Source of the DNA: a virus
Lineage: Duplodnaviria; Heunggongvirae; Uroviricota; Caudoviricetes
Length of the DNA: 64,000 nt
IMG/VR virus record: IMGVR_UViG_3300031760_000016
Coordinates: 43,455-107,454 of that record
Direction: 5' to 3' (one strand)
The notes beneath the pieces were generated by a model. It ran no database searches, was not told the origin of the DNA, and saw only the letters and a program-made list of their open reading frames with translations. This document shows, one piece after another, positions 29,792 through 38,780 of the stretch (the first letter of the stretch is position 1; each line of letters opens with the position of its first letter). The translations under genes and the position numbers were made by a program.

Positions 29792-30832
29792 TCAATCCAC
29801 GATTGAACCTAGGGAGGAGTACACGGCGTAGGCGTCCATATCGGACCCCGTGCCCTTGAAGTAATCGATGATCAGGACGTCAATGCCCTGCGTGTGAAAG
29901 ACGCGCTTGACGTTTGTGTACATCGTGCTTTCATCGAAGATCGGCATGTACAGATGCGTAAAGCTCTGCTGTTTCAGCCATGCGATCGCCTCGCTGATTT
30001 TCGCGGCTTCCGCGTCGTCATATCTGCCGGATCGCAGACGTTGAAACTCGATTCCCGTCAGATGGGAAATCATACGACATGTGAAAAGCTTGCTGTTCAG
30101 TTCGCTGTCGATATAAAAAACCTTGCGGCCGGCGCGGAGAAGATCCACCGCGCAATTGAGCAGCATCATTGACTTGCCTTGCTTCTGTTCAGCACCGAAA
30201 ATGATGAGCTCGCCGCGCTCGATCATCACGTAGTTGTTCAGCGTCGGAAATTTGAACGGGAAAACCGCTGCCATGTCGGGATTCTGCCGGGCTTCGATTT
30301 CCGTCCAGTACTTCTCGATCACGTCTTTGTACTGCGGAATCTCGTTCGTTGTGGAAAACTCCATGATGACGTTGTCGAGCAGCGACGTGATCTGCTGTTC
30401 AATGTTGCTGCATTCGGAGTTAAAGCAGATGTTCTCGCACTCCACGAGCCTTTGGTAAGTGTGCCTCCTGAACGCCGCATCGATCACGGCGTTCGCGACC
30501 ATCATATAATCCTCCGGCTCGCTTCTGGCGATCAGCGACGCGTTGTCGAAGAGTTCCTGAAGCGACTGGTTGGTGATGATCGAGTTGACGTTCTCGCTCA
30601 CGTGCTCGGTGCCGCGTTTCATGTTGAGAAAGTTGATGATGTTGTAGGCGTCGATCTGCTCGATGCCCTTCTTGGCGAGTTCGCAGACGGCGTAGTAGAT
30701 GTAGGCGTTCTGCGGATTGGTAAAGTAGTTCGGTTTGAGTTGTTCTGAATGGAATGTCAGTTCCGGCGTCATGACCACCGAGGCGATTACGCCCGCCTCG
30801 GCTTCGACATTCTTGATGTCACCTACTGTCAA
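29792..30832 (-). CDS. dnaB: Replicative helicase DnaB, exon 1 (N-terminal domain + Walker A/B)
   Basis: 346 aa. GELIIFGAEQKQGKSMML (Walker A) and VLIIDYFKG (H2). The ORF terminates where DnaB should continue; the rest is in ORF 29207..29527. Confidence 0.7.
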   Translation of the reverse strand: MTVGDIKNVEAEAGVIASVVMTPELTFHSEQLKPNYFTNPQNAYIYYAVCELAKKGIEQIDAYNIINFLNMKRGTEHVSENVNSIITNQSLQELFDNASLIARSEPEDYMMVANAVIDAAFRRHTYQRLVECENICFNSECSNIEQQITSLLDNVIMEFSTTNEIPQYKDVIEKYWTEIEARQNPDMAAVFPFKFPTLNNYVMIERGELIIFGAEQKQGKSMMLLNCAVDLLRAGRKVFYIDSELNSKLFTCRMISHLTGIEFQRLRSGRYDDAEAAKISEAIAWLKQQSFTHLYMPIFDESTMYTNVKRVFHTQGIDVLIIDYFKGTGSDMDAYAVYSSLGSIVD

Positions 30833-31609
30833 TCAATCACCACCAGACATATTGAAGTACTCGCATTGCTCGTGCATCTCGCACAGGTTCTTGCAAGTCC
30901 ACCATTGTAGATTTGGTTTCCATTCCCTTTCATTCCGTATTTGCTGGATAGAATCCAACGCCCAGCGCTGTGCGGCCTCAAAATCCTGCTGACAAAATTG
31001 GTCTTTTATACAGACCCCGTTTCGGTAACAATTGAGCTCAAGAAAACCCGGAGTTTTCGAGTATTTGTTTTTGACCGGAATCGCGTACAAGTACAATTGT
31101 TGGAAATATTCGTCCAAAATCTTGTCATTTGCAGTTTTTTGGGATTTTTTGCTTCTCGGCTTCAGTTCGCGCGATTTGTGGTCGCGAATGACGAGTTCGC
31201 CGTCCCGGTCGTGGTAGATGCAGTCGATGAAGCCGACGAAGGGGAAATCTCCGACCTGGAAGAATACCTTTTCCTCGACGGCGTCGACGCTCCCGTCCAG
31301 CGGCGTCAGATCGCGGATGCATTGCAAACCCTTGCTGTAATAACTCTTGAAGATATCGTAGGAAGGCGGCCTCCCGACCACCTTCCCGCGAAAATCACAC
31401 AGGTATCTGGCTACCAGTTCTTCCTTGGTCGCCTTGCCAGAGTAATACTGGGCGAGCAGTTCATGCACGAACGACCCAAAATCCGAGAAAAACATTGGAC
31501 TGGCTGGCGTTGGATCTATGTACTTCATATAGAACCTGTATGGACAGTCGTTGTACGCTTTGATGCGGCTGTAGCTCCATACCATCTGATCAACCAGATA
31601 GTTGCTCAT
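30833..31609 (-). CDS. PD-(D/E)XK nuclease, Cas4/RecB-like with Cys cluster
   Basis: 258 aa. N-terminal YSRIKAYNDCPYRFYMKY Cys plus C-terminal CKNLCEMHEQC fit the Cas4-like 4-Cys arrangement around a RecB nuclease core. Confidence 0.55.
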   Translation of the reverse strand: MSNYLVDQMVWSYSRIKAYNDCPYRFYMKYIDPTPASPMFFSDFGSFVHELLAQYYSGKATKEELVARYLCDFRGKVVGRPPSYDIFKSYYSKGLQCIRDLTPLDGSVDAVEEKVFFQVGDFPFVGFIDCIYHDRDGELVIRDHKSRELKPRSKKSQKTANDKILDEYFQQLYLYAIPVKNKYSKTPGFLELNCYRNGVCIKDQFCQQDFEAAQRWALDSIQQIRNEREWKPNLQWWTCKNLCEMHEQCEYFNMSGGD

Positions 31610-31611
31610 GA

Positions 31612-31983
31612 TCAGAACGGCGGCTCTTCGTCAACGTCGCCCTCGACCGGATTGCAATCCGGCGCCTGAGACTGGGCGCGAGGGGCGGGGGAGTCGTCCG
31701 CGAATTCAAAGTCAAAGCACTTGTAGTCGATGTACTCCCGGTTGCGTTCCTTGTCGTAGCGGTTGCTCACGTCGACCTCGAGCAGCTTGATACGGTCGCC
31801 CTCCTTGAGGCGCTGGCTCTTGGCGTGCGCGTTGCCGATCATCATGACGAAGCCGGAAAAATCCTGCTCGTATTCTCCGGTGTCCCTGTTTTTGCGGCTG
31901 ACGGACATCCGGACGCGGGTAAAGTTACCCTTGCCGGGTTCAATCTGCCAGCACTTCGCGTAAGTGTTAATACGAAAACCCAA
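31612..31983 (-). CDS. ssb: Single-stranded DNA-binding protein
   Basis: 123 aa, OB-fold-like N-terminus and acidic tail ending DVDEEPPF (cf. SSB DDDIPF). Confidence 0.6.
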   Translation of the reverse strand: MGFRINTYAKCWQIEPGKGNFTRVRMSVSRKNRDTGEYEQDFSGFVMMIGNAHAKSQRLKEGDRIKLLEVDVSNRYDKERNREYIDYKCFDFEFADDSPAPRAQSQAPDCNPVEGDVDEEPPF

Positions 31984-32000
31984 TGATATCGCCTCTTTCG

Positions 32001-32726
32001 TTATGCCGTCTTCGGCACATATTGATTATTCAGCTCGTCCAGAAGCTTCCTTGCGACCTCCGGATCGCTGATGACCTTGGGGTTCGGACTCGGTTTGCCC
32101 TTGTCCTTGGCGTACTTCTTGACCAGCTTGATGATGTTGTCGCGATCATCCGGGTGCGTTTCAAGACGCGCGTTGATGATCTCAAGGCACTGATCCGTGA
32201 TGCCATCCGCGATGACCTTGTTCTCGGCGACTTCGGCTTCACGCTGCTTGCTGCGGTATTCCTCGATCTGATCGGTCTGGCCGATCTGGAAATAAGCGGT
32301 CAGGAACTGACGCTGCGTGTATGTGAGGCCGGCACCCATCGCCTGAGCGGGGTCTGTCATGGAGGCCACGACGCACCACGGAACCTCGATCTTTTCCTCG
32401 GGCTTGTCATCGTTGACCCAAGTCCAGAACATATCGGCCTTGAAAAGCATTTCCGTGGCGACGCTCTCAAGGCGGTCGCCCGTTTTGCTGTACTTGACGC
32501 TGGTGATGACGTTCTGGCTGATCTCCGAGGTGCCCGGCGTGATCGACGGGATTAGGGAGACGCCGTACTTCTTCATGCCGGCCGTCACCTTGGAGAGAAT
32601 TTCCAGGATGTCGGTATAGGTGTAGTTGTAGCCCCGCTTGTCCTTCTTGGCAACGTCGCAAATTGCGCGTACCTTCGCCAGTTTCTGATACAGGTTCAGA
32701 TCGTTCGCTTCGCCCATGGGCATCAC
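32001..32726 (-). CDS. ERF-family single-strand annealing protein
   Basis: 241 aa. N-terminus LYQKLAKVRAICDVAKKDKRGYNYTYTDILEILSKV fits the ERF signature. Sits next to SSB and the nuclease. Confidence 0.6.
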   Translation of the reverse strand: MMPMGEANDLNLYQKLAKVRAICDVAKKDKRGYNYTYTDILEILSKVTAGMKKYGVSLIPSITPGTSEISQNVITSVKYSKTGDRLESVATEMLFKADMFWTWVNDDKPEEKIEVPWCVVASMTDPAQAMGAGLTYTQRQFLTAYFQIGQTDQIEEYRSKQREAEVAENKVIADGITDQCLEIINARLETHPDDRDNIIKLVKKYAKDKGKPSPNPKVISDPEVARKLLDELNNQYVPKTA

Positions 32727-33259
32727 TCCTTCTTGTTATTGTCGCCGAACAGGGACTTTGCCAGCTGCGCCATCAGGGAGTTTTGAACGGTCTCCTTGAT
32801 GTACTTTTCAATGCCGCTGTCGACGTTGTTTGAAACATAGCGCTCAAGTTCCTTTATGTACGCGTCAACGCTGCGCCGCGCTTCGGCGGCATATGTTCGC
32901 ACCGGTGAAAGCACGTCTTCAACCGCCTCTTTGACCGTGCCCGGCGAGATTTTCATCTCAACGATTTGATCGTTGATCTTACTGAACAGGGCTTTTCTGC
33001 AGTCGCTCCATCCCCACGAGTTCATGCCCTTTTCGAAGGCTCGCGTATAGTTCTCAACCTGGGTCTTGACGGCCTGCTGGATGATCACCTTGGCCTGTTT
33101 ATCGACCTCAGAAGCTACCATCTCGCGAATCTTCCCCTTCAGGATCTGGATCGTGGCGTCATCGAGCATCTGTTCGTTGATCTCCAGCGTGAAATTGATC
33201 TTATTCAAGTTCTTCCTCCTTGTACTCCTTCCAGAACCAGTGCCACACGAACGGATCAC
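32723..33259 (-). CDS. Hypothetical protein
   Basis: 178 aa. Confidence 0.4.
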   Translation of the reverse strand: MIRSCGTGSGRSTRRKNLNKINFTLEINEQMLDDATIQILKGKIREMVASEVDKQAKVIIQQAVKTQVENYTRAFEKGMNSWGWSDCRKALFSKINDQIVEMKISPGTVKEAVEDVLSPVRTYAAEARRSVDAYIKELERYVSNNVDSGIEKYIKETVQNSLMAQLAKSLFGDNNKKE

Positions 33260-33475
33260 TTGACTGGACGGTGGTGTTCAGATAGTGGTCGAGAACCTCA
33301 CCGTCCATAGTCCATCCCGTGCCGACACAGAGGACGCTGATGGAAATATCCGGCTTGTTGTCGTCAATCGCTGCCCACAGGAACGGCTCCCCGCCCTGAA
33401 AATCCACGCGGAGCGGCTTTACGATGGGCGCTGTGACGACGAGCGATTCGCCCAGCGGGTACTTATAGATGCGAA

Positions 33476-34507
33476 TCACTCCGTATCACCCCCGGACAGA
33501 AAACCCTTGATGATGTCCGTGTAATTGGTGAAGCCGATGCCGCTGTTGCCAAAGGAAGGAATCAGCTTGCCGTCCCACTTCTCAATCCAAAGCTGCTGGA
33601 TCACATAGTCATTGATGCCAGCGGCCTTCGCCTCCAGTTCAGCTTTTTCCGCTTCGGCCTGAGCCAGCCGCGCGTCACGCTGCGCTTCCGCCTGCGTTCT
33701 GGTAACATAGGCGTTGTTCTCAGCGTTGATCCTGTCGGTCTCGGCCTTGGCCTCCGCCTGTGCGATCGCGATTTCATTGGCGTTTTCGGCCGCGATGCGC
33801 TGGGTTTCGGCGGTGCGCTCGGCTTCCTTGACAGCGACGTCATACTGCGTCTGCGCCGCGATGGTCTGGTTCTTCTGCTCCAGTTTGTTATTTTCCAGCT
33901 GCGCGTTCAGCAGCGCACGCTGTTCCAGAATGGCTGTATACTCCGGCGAAAAATCGTAGGTCACCATGTTGACCCGGATGATGTTGATGCCGAGCGGAAC
34001 CGTAACGCTTTCGATTTTCTCCTTCAGCTGTGGCGGAATTTCACTCTTGTGCGTGACGATTTCCTCAGCGTTGTAGGAAGCGAAAACCTCCTTGATGAAC
34101 TGCAGCGAATTGGAAATAAGCAGCGTCTTTTCGTAGTCCGTGCCGTAATTCCGGTAGACCTCATAGGACATCGTGGGATTGAGCTGGTACTGGATTTCAA
34201 ATTTGAACGTGGGCAGCAGCTGCTGATCCTTGGTCTCCGCCGTGTCCGTCGTGGTGGCGTCCTTTGTGCCTGCCGCAATCACCAGCGTGTTGACGTGGTT
34301 GTCCATGATGACGATCTTTTGGAAAGGCTTCTTGAAGTGCAGGCCGGAGGTCAGGTATGTATTTTCGACCTCGCCATAAGTGGTGAGAATGCCGGTGCAG
34401 CCGGCGGGAACCGAGGTCATGATGGAAACCCCAGGCGGCAGGATGCCGATCAGAAGCAAAACCAGGATGACCGCAACAGCGATGAGAACGATATGGTTAC
34501 CTTTCAT
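33476..34507 (-). CDS. SPFH/band-7 (prohibitin-like) membrane protein
   Basis: 343 aa. N-terminal TM, SPFH-like core, then a long Ala/Glu/Gln coiled coil (AQAEAKAETDRINAENNAY...). Confidence 0.65.
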   Translation of the reverse strand: MKGNHIVLIAVAVILVLLLIGILPPGVSIMTSVPAGCTGILTTYGEVENTYLTSGLHFKKPFQKIVIMDNHVNTLVIAAGTKDATTTDTAETKDQQLLPTFKFEIQYQLNPTMSYEVYRNYGTDYEKTLLISNSLQFIKEVFASYNAEEIVTHKSEIPPQLKEKIESVTVPLGINIIRVNMVTYDFSPEYTAILEQRALLNAQLENNKLEQKNQTIAAQTQYDVAVKEAERTAETQRIAAENANEIAIAQAEAKAETDRINAENNAYVTRTQAEAQRDARLAQAEAEKAELEAKAAGINDYVIQQLWIEKWDGKLIPSFGNSGIGFTNYTDIIKGFLSGGDTE

Positions 34508-34896
34508 TCAGTGAGCTCCTTTTCTAAAGTGGGTTGGTCGTATTGATAGAAGCCCAGGCGGATTTCGCTGAGCTTGTAGTAGTCGATGCAGCGAGGCTCG
34601 TCTGTATCGTCGTCCTCGCAATCCTCGTATACGGTCTGAAAGCCGAGCAGATAGTCGCCGTCGTTCAACATGATGCACTCCCGGATGATTCCGAGCGTGC
34701 AGTGCGTACTCTCAAACTGGCTTTCGTCGATGTACTTCTCCGCCATTTCCAGCGGCGTGAACATGCGTTTGAAAACCCAGAAGCGGAAAACGCGGTCTCT
34801 GTTGTCCAGCAAAAAAGTTTCGAAATCACCGTATAATTCCATGTGGGCATCACCTCCAAAAAATTGTTCTACTGAGACGGGCGCAACAATTGACAC
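34504..34896 (-). CDS. Hypothetical protein
   Basis: 130 aa. Confidence 0.35.
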   Translation of the reverse strand: MSIVAPVSVEQFFGGDAHMELYGDFETFLLDNRDRVFRFWVFKRMFTPLEMAEKYIDESQFESTHCTLGIIRECIMLNDGDYLLGFQTVYEDCEDDDTDEPRCIDYYKLSEIRLGFYQYDQPTLEKELTE

Positions 34897-34966
34897 ACCT
34901 CCAGAACCAAAATGTGTATATAAAAAAGCAATGGGCGATTAACCCATTGCTTCTGAACGTTCTTTC

Positions 34967-35992
34967 TTACTTGCCGTAGAATGCCTGTTTCCAGTTGTTG
35001 TAGTCCGCAGTGTATATCCGCTTGAATTTAGCGATCACGGATGACATTGGGAAGTTCTTGCTCGTCTTGTAGGGCTTGCCTTCGGCTTCGCGCTGGGCGA
35101 CAATGTCCTGAACGAAGCCGTCAATGTCCGGTTTTCTGCCGGCCTGCTCTTCGGTGTACCAGCGGTAGAACAGGCCGGACAGCCTGATCCTGTCAAAGGT
35201 CAGGGCGTGGGGGACATCATCTGTCAGAGCGCCGGCTTGTTCCGCATTCCGCATCAGCTTTGTCCAGGTGGGCATGAACGTGCTGGCGACCCAGCGGTCC
35301 GGGGAGACCTGGCGCTTGTTCAGCTTTCCACGCAGGATTTGATTGCCATCCGCCCGCTCGTAGCTCCGCGTGAAGCTGGAACTGCCGTTGACGCAGGGTT
35401 CTTCGAAGAGTGTCGCGTCGCAGGCGATCCTGAAGTCCATGAGGGAGGGGGAGTACATCGGGTAGGTCTTGCCGTTGTACGTGATCTGCTGTGTCACGAA
35501 GTTGACGTTCTCTTTGGTAACGAACGGAACGTCTTTGGAGTCAAAACCCATGAAGGCCAGCCACATGAAGACCCTGTAGATGACGTCGACGGTTCCGAGA
35601 AACGACGGCCTTGTGGTACAGTTCAGCGCCTTTTCCAGATGCTCCGGGGATGAAACCATTTCCCTGCGGATACCCTGTGAGTTGTCGACGACGACCTTGT
35701 GGATGCTGCTTCTGGTTTTGTCCAGACCGTTGCGCATGCGCCACGTAGCGTATTCCTTGTACTCCGACAGGAGCATGACGGCGTAAGCATGCTTGGAGCC
35801 GACAATCAGGTTGAAGGCATCCTGAAGGATGGTCAGTGGCTGCCGGGTGAAATCGGTGCCCCAGACCTTTTCGAACGGGACGAAATACTCGAGCGCCATG
35901 ATGGCCGTGTTTCGCGTCTTTGTCGACTTTTTGCCCTCCCGGTAGACGTCCTCGATAAACCGCTGCTGATCCGGATTGAGATCCTGAGGCAT
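34967..35992 (-). CDS. Hypothetical protein (start coupled to the MazF-like gene; weak resemblance to recombinase C-terminus)
   Basis: 341 aa. Its ATG overlaps the stop of the upstream MazF-like ORF (ATGA). Confidence 0.4.
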   Translation of the reverse strand: MPQDLNPDQQRFIEDVYREGKKSTKTRNTAIMALEYFVPFEKVWGTDFTRQPLTILQDAFNLIVGSKHAYAVMLLSEYKEYATWRMRNGLDKTRSSIHKVVVDNSQGIRREMVSSPEHLEKALNCTTRPSFLGTVDVIYRVFMWLAFMGFDSKDVPFVTKENVNFVTQQITYNGKTYPMYSPSLMDFRIACDATLFEEPCVNGSSSFTRSYERADGNQILRGKLNKRQVSPDRWVASTFMPTWTKLMRNAEQAGALTDDVPHALTFDRIRLSGLFYRWYTEEQAGRKPDIDGFVQDIVAQREAEGKPYKTSKNFPMSSVIAKFKRIYTADYNNWKQAFYGK

Positions 35993-36432
35993 TACGCAGG
36001 CACCCCCTCGTCATTCAGTTCCACGGCGCGTTGCCAAGCCTGAATAATTGATTCCATATCCATGAACGAGATGGCCGACGAAGCCATGATGCTTGATGCG
36101 GCGATCTGCTTCATGTATTTGCCAGAAAGGGTGGTGATGTAATCGCCCAGGTCGTCCTTTGAGATGCATTGCGGATTCTCGCAGAGCACCATGCTGTCCA
36201 TCGGAAGGCCGCTGTCGTGAGAAGAAATGAGGACGTGCGTGGGAAGCTCGAGCCGTTTCAGGCGGCTGGTCAGCGGCAAAACCACCAGGTTGGGACTATA
36301 CATGTTTCCTTTGTTGTTCTGGAAAATGACTGCCGGTCTGTTTCCGGACTGAACGCTGCCAGATCCGGTGAAAGTGGCGTAATAGACGTCGCCGATCCTT
36401 GGGATTCTGTTCAGAGTTGCCATTAACCTCAC
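35992..36432 (-). CDS. MazF/PemK-family toxin-like protein with about 35-aa C-terminal extension
   Basis: 146 aa. RIGDVYYATFTGSGSVQSGNRPAVIFQNNKGN...VVLPLTSRLKRLELPTHVLI parallels PemK/MazF (GDIYwvdf...G.E..G.RPalVvsnd...vvvvPlTS..k..lPthV). Confidence 0.65.
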   Translation of the reverse strand: MRLMATLNRIPRIGDVYYATFTGSGSVQSGNRPAVIFQNNKGNMYSPNLVVLPLTSRLKRLELPTHVLISSHDSGLPMDSMVLCENPQCISKDDLGDYITTLSGKYMKQIAASSIMASSAISFMDMESIIQAWQRAVELNDEGVPA

Positions 36433-36464
36433 CTCACACCAAATAATTTATACAGTATGTACAC

Positions 36465-36493
36465 AGTATACACTTCGGTGGGAGAAAAGTCAA
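36465..36493 (-). promoter_or_regulatory. Strong sigma70-like promoter (TTGACT - 17 nt - TATACT) with ATACTGT direct/inverted repeats, upstream of the MazF-like gene
   Basis: On the minus strand, ttgact is at 36493-88 and tatact at 36470-65. The overlapping element TATACTGTGTACATACTGTATA is operator-like. RBS GAGGTGAGG precedes the ATG. Confidence 0.55.
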
Positions 36494-36587
36494 TGGTAAC
36501 TTGAGAAAGTTTACGTGACCGCCCTTACGAGTAGCCCGTGACCAGCCCGCTCAAACAGACTGAAATTGAAAACACGATTTGCACCTC

Positions 36588-36830
36588 CTATGATTCATTG
36601 CCGTTGATCGCTTTGTTGATGCTCTCTGTTGCGTCCTCGAGGCTTGAGATGGCGTCCTCAAGAGAGTCGATCGCGTCCTCCATGCTCGTATATCTCTCGG
36701 TGCTCTGGAGGTTTTCGGGGATGTTGTCCATAGAATCAGATTCTTCGTCCCTGACCTCTTCTACGATTTCAATGGCCTGTCTGATCCTGAACAGCGCCGT
36801 CTCAAGTGATGTCCTTCGCTTCTTGTTCAT
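36588..36830 (-). CDS. Small acidic protein
   Basis: 80 aa, Asp/Glu/Ser-rich. Confidence 0.35.
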   Translation of the reverse strand: MNKKRRTSLETALFRIRQAIEIVEEVRDEESDSMDNIPENLQSTERYTSMEDAIDSLEDAISSLEDATESINKAINGNES

Positions 36831-36834
36831 GCTG

Positions 36835-37200
36835 TCACTCGCTTTTCAGATTTGATTTGGGATCCTCCGGAACGTTCTCGGTCTCTCCCTCAGGGCATTG
36901 CCAAGCCCATGCACAATAGGCATATTCGCCCTGTGTGGCTGTCTCTGGAAACGCCTGCGCCATGACCTCGCCCCACATTCGCATGGATACCATGAAGCAC
37001 ATGCCGTCGTCAAACATCGGGACACCGTGGTCGCCGTACTGATGATAATTGCCGGTGAATCTGTAGTTTTTCCGCCTGAGCTCCCGGACAACCTCCTTCC
37101 AGCGCTCGTAGAAAAGCTCGTCTTTTTCCGCGAATTTGAATCGGTTGTCATCCCAATCGACCCAGCTTACGATTTCCAAAGGCATCACCTCCGAATACAA
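36835..37200 (-). CDS. Hypothetical protein
   Basis: 121 aa. Confidence 0.35.
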   Translation of the reverse strand: MYSEVMPLEIVSWVDWDDNRFKFAEKDELFYERWKEVVRELRRKNYRFTGNYHQYGDHGVPMFDDGMCFMVSMRMWGEVMAQAFPETATQGEYAYCAWAWQCPEGETENVPEDPKSNLKSE

Positions 37201-37228
37201 TTGCTATATCGCACTGCGATATAATTAG

Positions 37229-37301
37229 AGCTGCCAACAGGAATCGAACCTGCAACACCCGGTTTACAGGACCGGTGCTCTGCCTGTTGAGCTATGGCAG
37301 C
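37229..37301 (-). tRNA. tRNA, anticodon loop CCUGUAA (probably Thr-UGU; position 33 is C, which is atypical)
   Basis: Manual fold: acceptor GCUGCCA/UGGCAGC, D arm GCUC/GAGC, anticodon stem CCGGU/ACCGG, T arm GCAGG-UUCGAUU-CCUGU. No encoded CCA. Confidence 0.55.
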
Positions 37302-37428
37302 ATAATCACTGTCTCCAACCTTTCCGACACCGCCATGGTTCAGCGCCTTACTCGTGAAGAGACAGTGATGACGGTTGTCGTTCTCTGTGGGGCGTCAGCC
37401 CACATCATCCAGCCGCAACGACTGGCGC

Positions 37429-37503
37429 TGGTGGAGAATATCGGATTCGAACCGACAGCCTTTAGCTTGCAAAGCTACTGCGCTACCGCTGCGCCAATTC
37501 CCC
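37429..37503 (-). tRNA. tRNA-Ala (UGC)
   Basis: Acceptor GGGGAAU/AUUCUCC with G3:U70, anticodon loop UUUGCAA, T loop UUCGAAU, encoded CCA. Confidence 0.7.
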
Positions 37504-37529
37504 AGAGGCTCCCGGTTTGGGAGCCATGT

Positions 37530-38648
37530 TTAAACTGTGAACCTGATCGGTCCGGTTTCCGGACACTTCTTGAGAACTACGCGGACAACGGGGTTTGAAT
37601 TCTCGGCCTCAGCTGCAGCGGCTCGTTTTTCCTCAGGGAGCTCATAGAAGTCATCTTCGTCCCATTTATCCATGTCGATGCCGTCCGTGACGACATACTC
37701 GCCGTCTACAATTGTTGCAAGAGCCGGCGTGAATGAAAAACCGAACTGATGTTTGCGTTCAAAGTTTCTCACGCTTACCCATTTGACGCTATTCATGTCA
37801 GTCATGTAGATCTTTTCGCGCCAGGCTTCATAGACAGAACCGTCCTTGCGAATGGCCATGATGTCGAAATAGAGGCAATCCGCCCTGGAAATATTCAGGT
37901 CGTTCAGGGTTTCCTTGAGCGTGTAGCCCTGATTGAGTTCAAAGGCGATGGCTCGGAGGTAGTCGTACGGCATGTCGACCGCGCCGGAAAGCGCAACCAG
38001 CTGGTCGATTTCTTCGGAATATTTGGGGTCGACCGTGTCTGTCAGGTACTCGCGAACCTCATCCTGACTGGGTGCTGTCATGGAGAAATGGTAGTGAAAG
38101 CGGCCCGGGCGGTTGAGCATGTAGGGACTCAGGTCGCTAAGGTTGTTGCAGGTGACGATGAAGAGCTTATGACCGCCCTCGATGCCGTCAAAGAGCGTCA
38201 ACATTTCGTCCTGCGGATTGTATTCCTTGGTTTTGGCAAAGGTCTTTTCGAACTCATCGAAGATGACCACGCAGTTCTGATCGATTGACGACAAAAAGTC
38301 AGAGATGCCCGGGATTGCCGTGTTCACGACGATGACCGGAAGCCCCTCCTGAATGGCGGCCTGAGCGAGCAGGCGGACGAACAGGCTCTTGCCAATGCCC
38401 TTCTGGCCGGACAGGAGCACGCCGAAGTTCCGCTTTGCGATGTGATAGGAACGCAAAACCTTGGCGACCTTCTCGTTGGACTTGCCGTAGATCTTTTCCT
38501 CTGTAACCGCCAGATCGTCGCGGTGGGTAAGGAAAAACCCCGACATATCGCTGAACTGGACGCCATATGAGGCGACCGGAAGTGCGTGATAGGTCTTTAC
38601 GGCGTCACCGTAGACCTGGAAACGGTTGCCGGAATTGACGATGTTCAT
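37530..38648 (-). CDS. AAA-family ATPase
   Basis: Walker A GQKGIGKS, Walker B VVIFDEFE, and NRPGRFHYHF (AAA second region of homology). Start moved to the internal ATG at 38648 (RBS AAGGAG 9 nt upstream) because the ORF-track start overlaps tRNA-Lys. Confidence 0.6.
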   Translation of the reverse strand: MNIVNSGNRFQVYGDAVKTYHALPVASYGVQFSDMSGFFLTHRDDLAVTEEKIYGKSNEKVAKVLRSYHIAKRNFGVLLSGQKGIGKSLFVRLLAQAAIQEGLPVIVVNTAIPGISDFLSSIDQNCVVIFDEFEKTFAKTKEYNPQDEMLTLFDGIEGGHKLFIVTCNNLSDLSPYMLNRPGRFHYHFSMTAPSQDEVREYLTDTVDPKYSEEIDQLVALSGAVDMPYDYLRAIAFELNQGYTLKETLNDLNISRADCLYFDIMAIRKDGSVYEAWREKIYMTDMNSVKWVSVRNFERKHQFGFSFTPALATIVDGEYVVTDGIDMDKWDEDDFYELPEEKRAAAAEAENSNPVVRVVLKKCPETGPIRFTV

Positions 38649-38671
38649 AGGCAAAAACTCCTTTATTTGAT

Positions 38672-38746
38672 TGGTGCGCCAGGTGGGAATCGAACCCACT
38701 GTGCCGGGATTAAAAGTCCCGTGCCTTACCGGTTGGCTACTGGCGC
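38672..38746 (-). tRNA. tRNA-Lys (UUU)
   Basis: Acceptor GCGCCAG/CUGGCGC, anticodon stem CGGGA/UCCCG with loop CUUUUAA, T arm GUGGG-UUCGAUU-CCCAC, encoded CCA. Confidence 0.7.
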
Positions 38747-38780
38747 GAAAGTGGAGGGCTTTTAAGCCCTCCGGGTAAAG

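Noticed and set aside
37307-37372. Additional tRNA between tRNA-Thr-like and tRNA-Ala
   Set aside because: A 9-bp inverted repeat (cactgtctc...gagacagtg) encloses only 43 nt. No cloverleaf can be drawn. More likely a processing or terminator hairpin.
38672-38746. Ochre-suppressor tRNA (anticodon UUA)
   Set aside because: On careful folding the anticodon stem is CGGGA/UCCCG and the loop is CUUUUAA, giving anticodon UUU (Lys). The UUA reading came from a misplaced stem.
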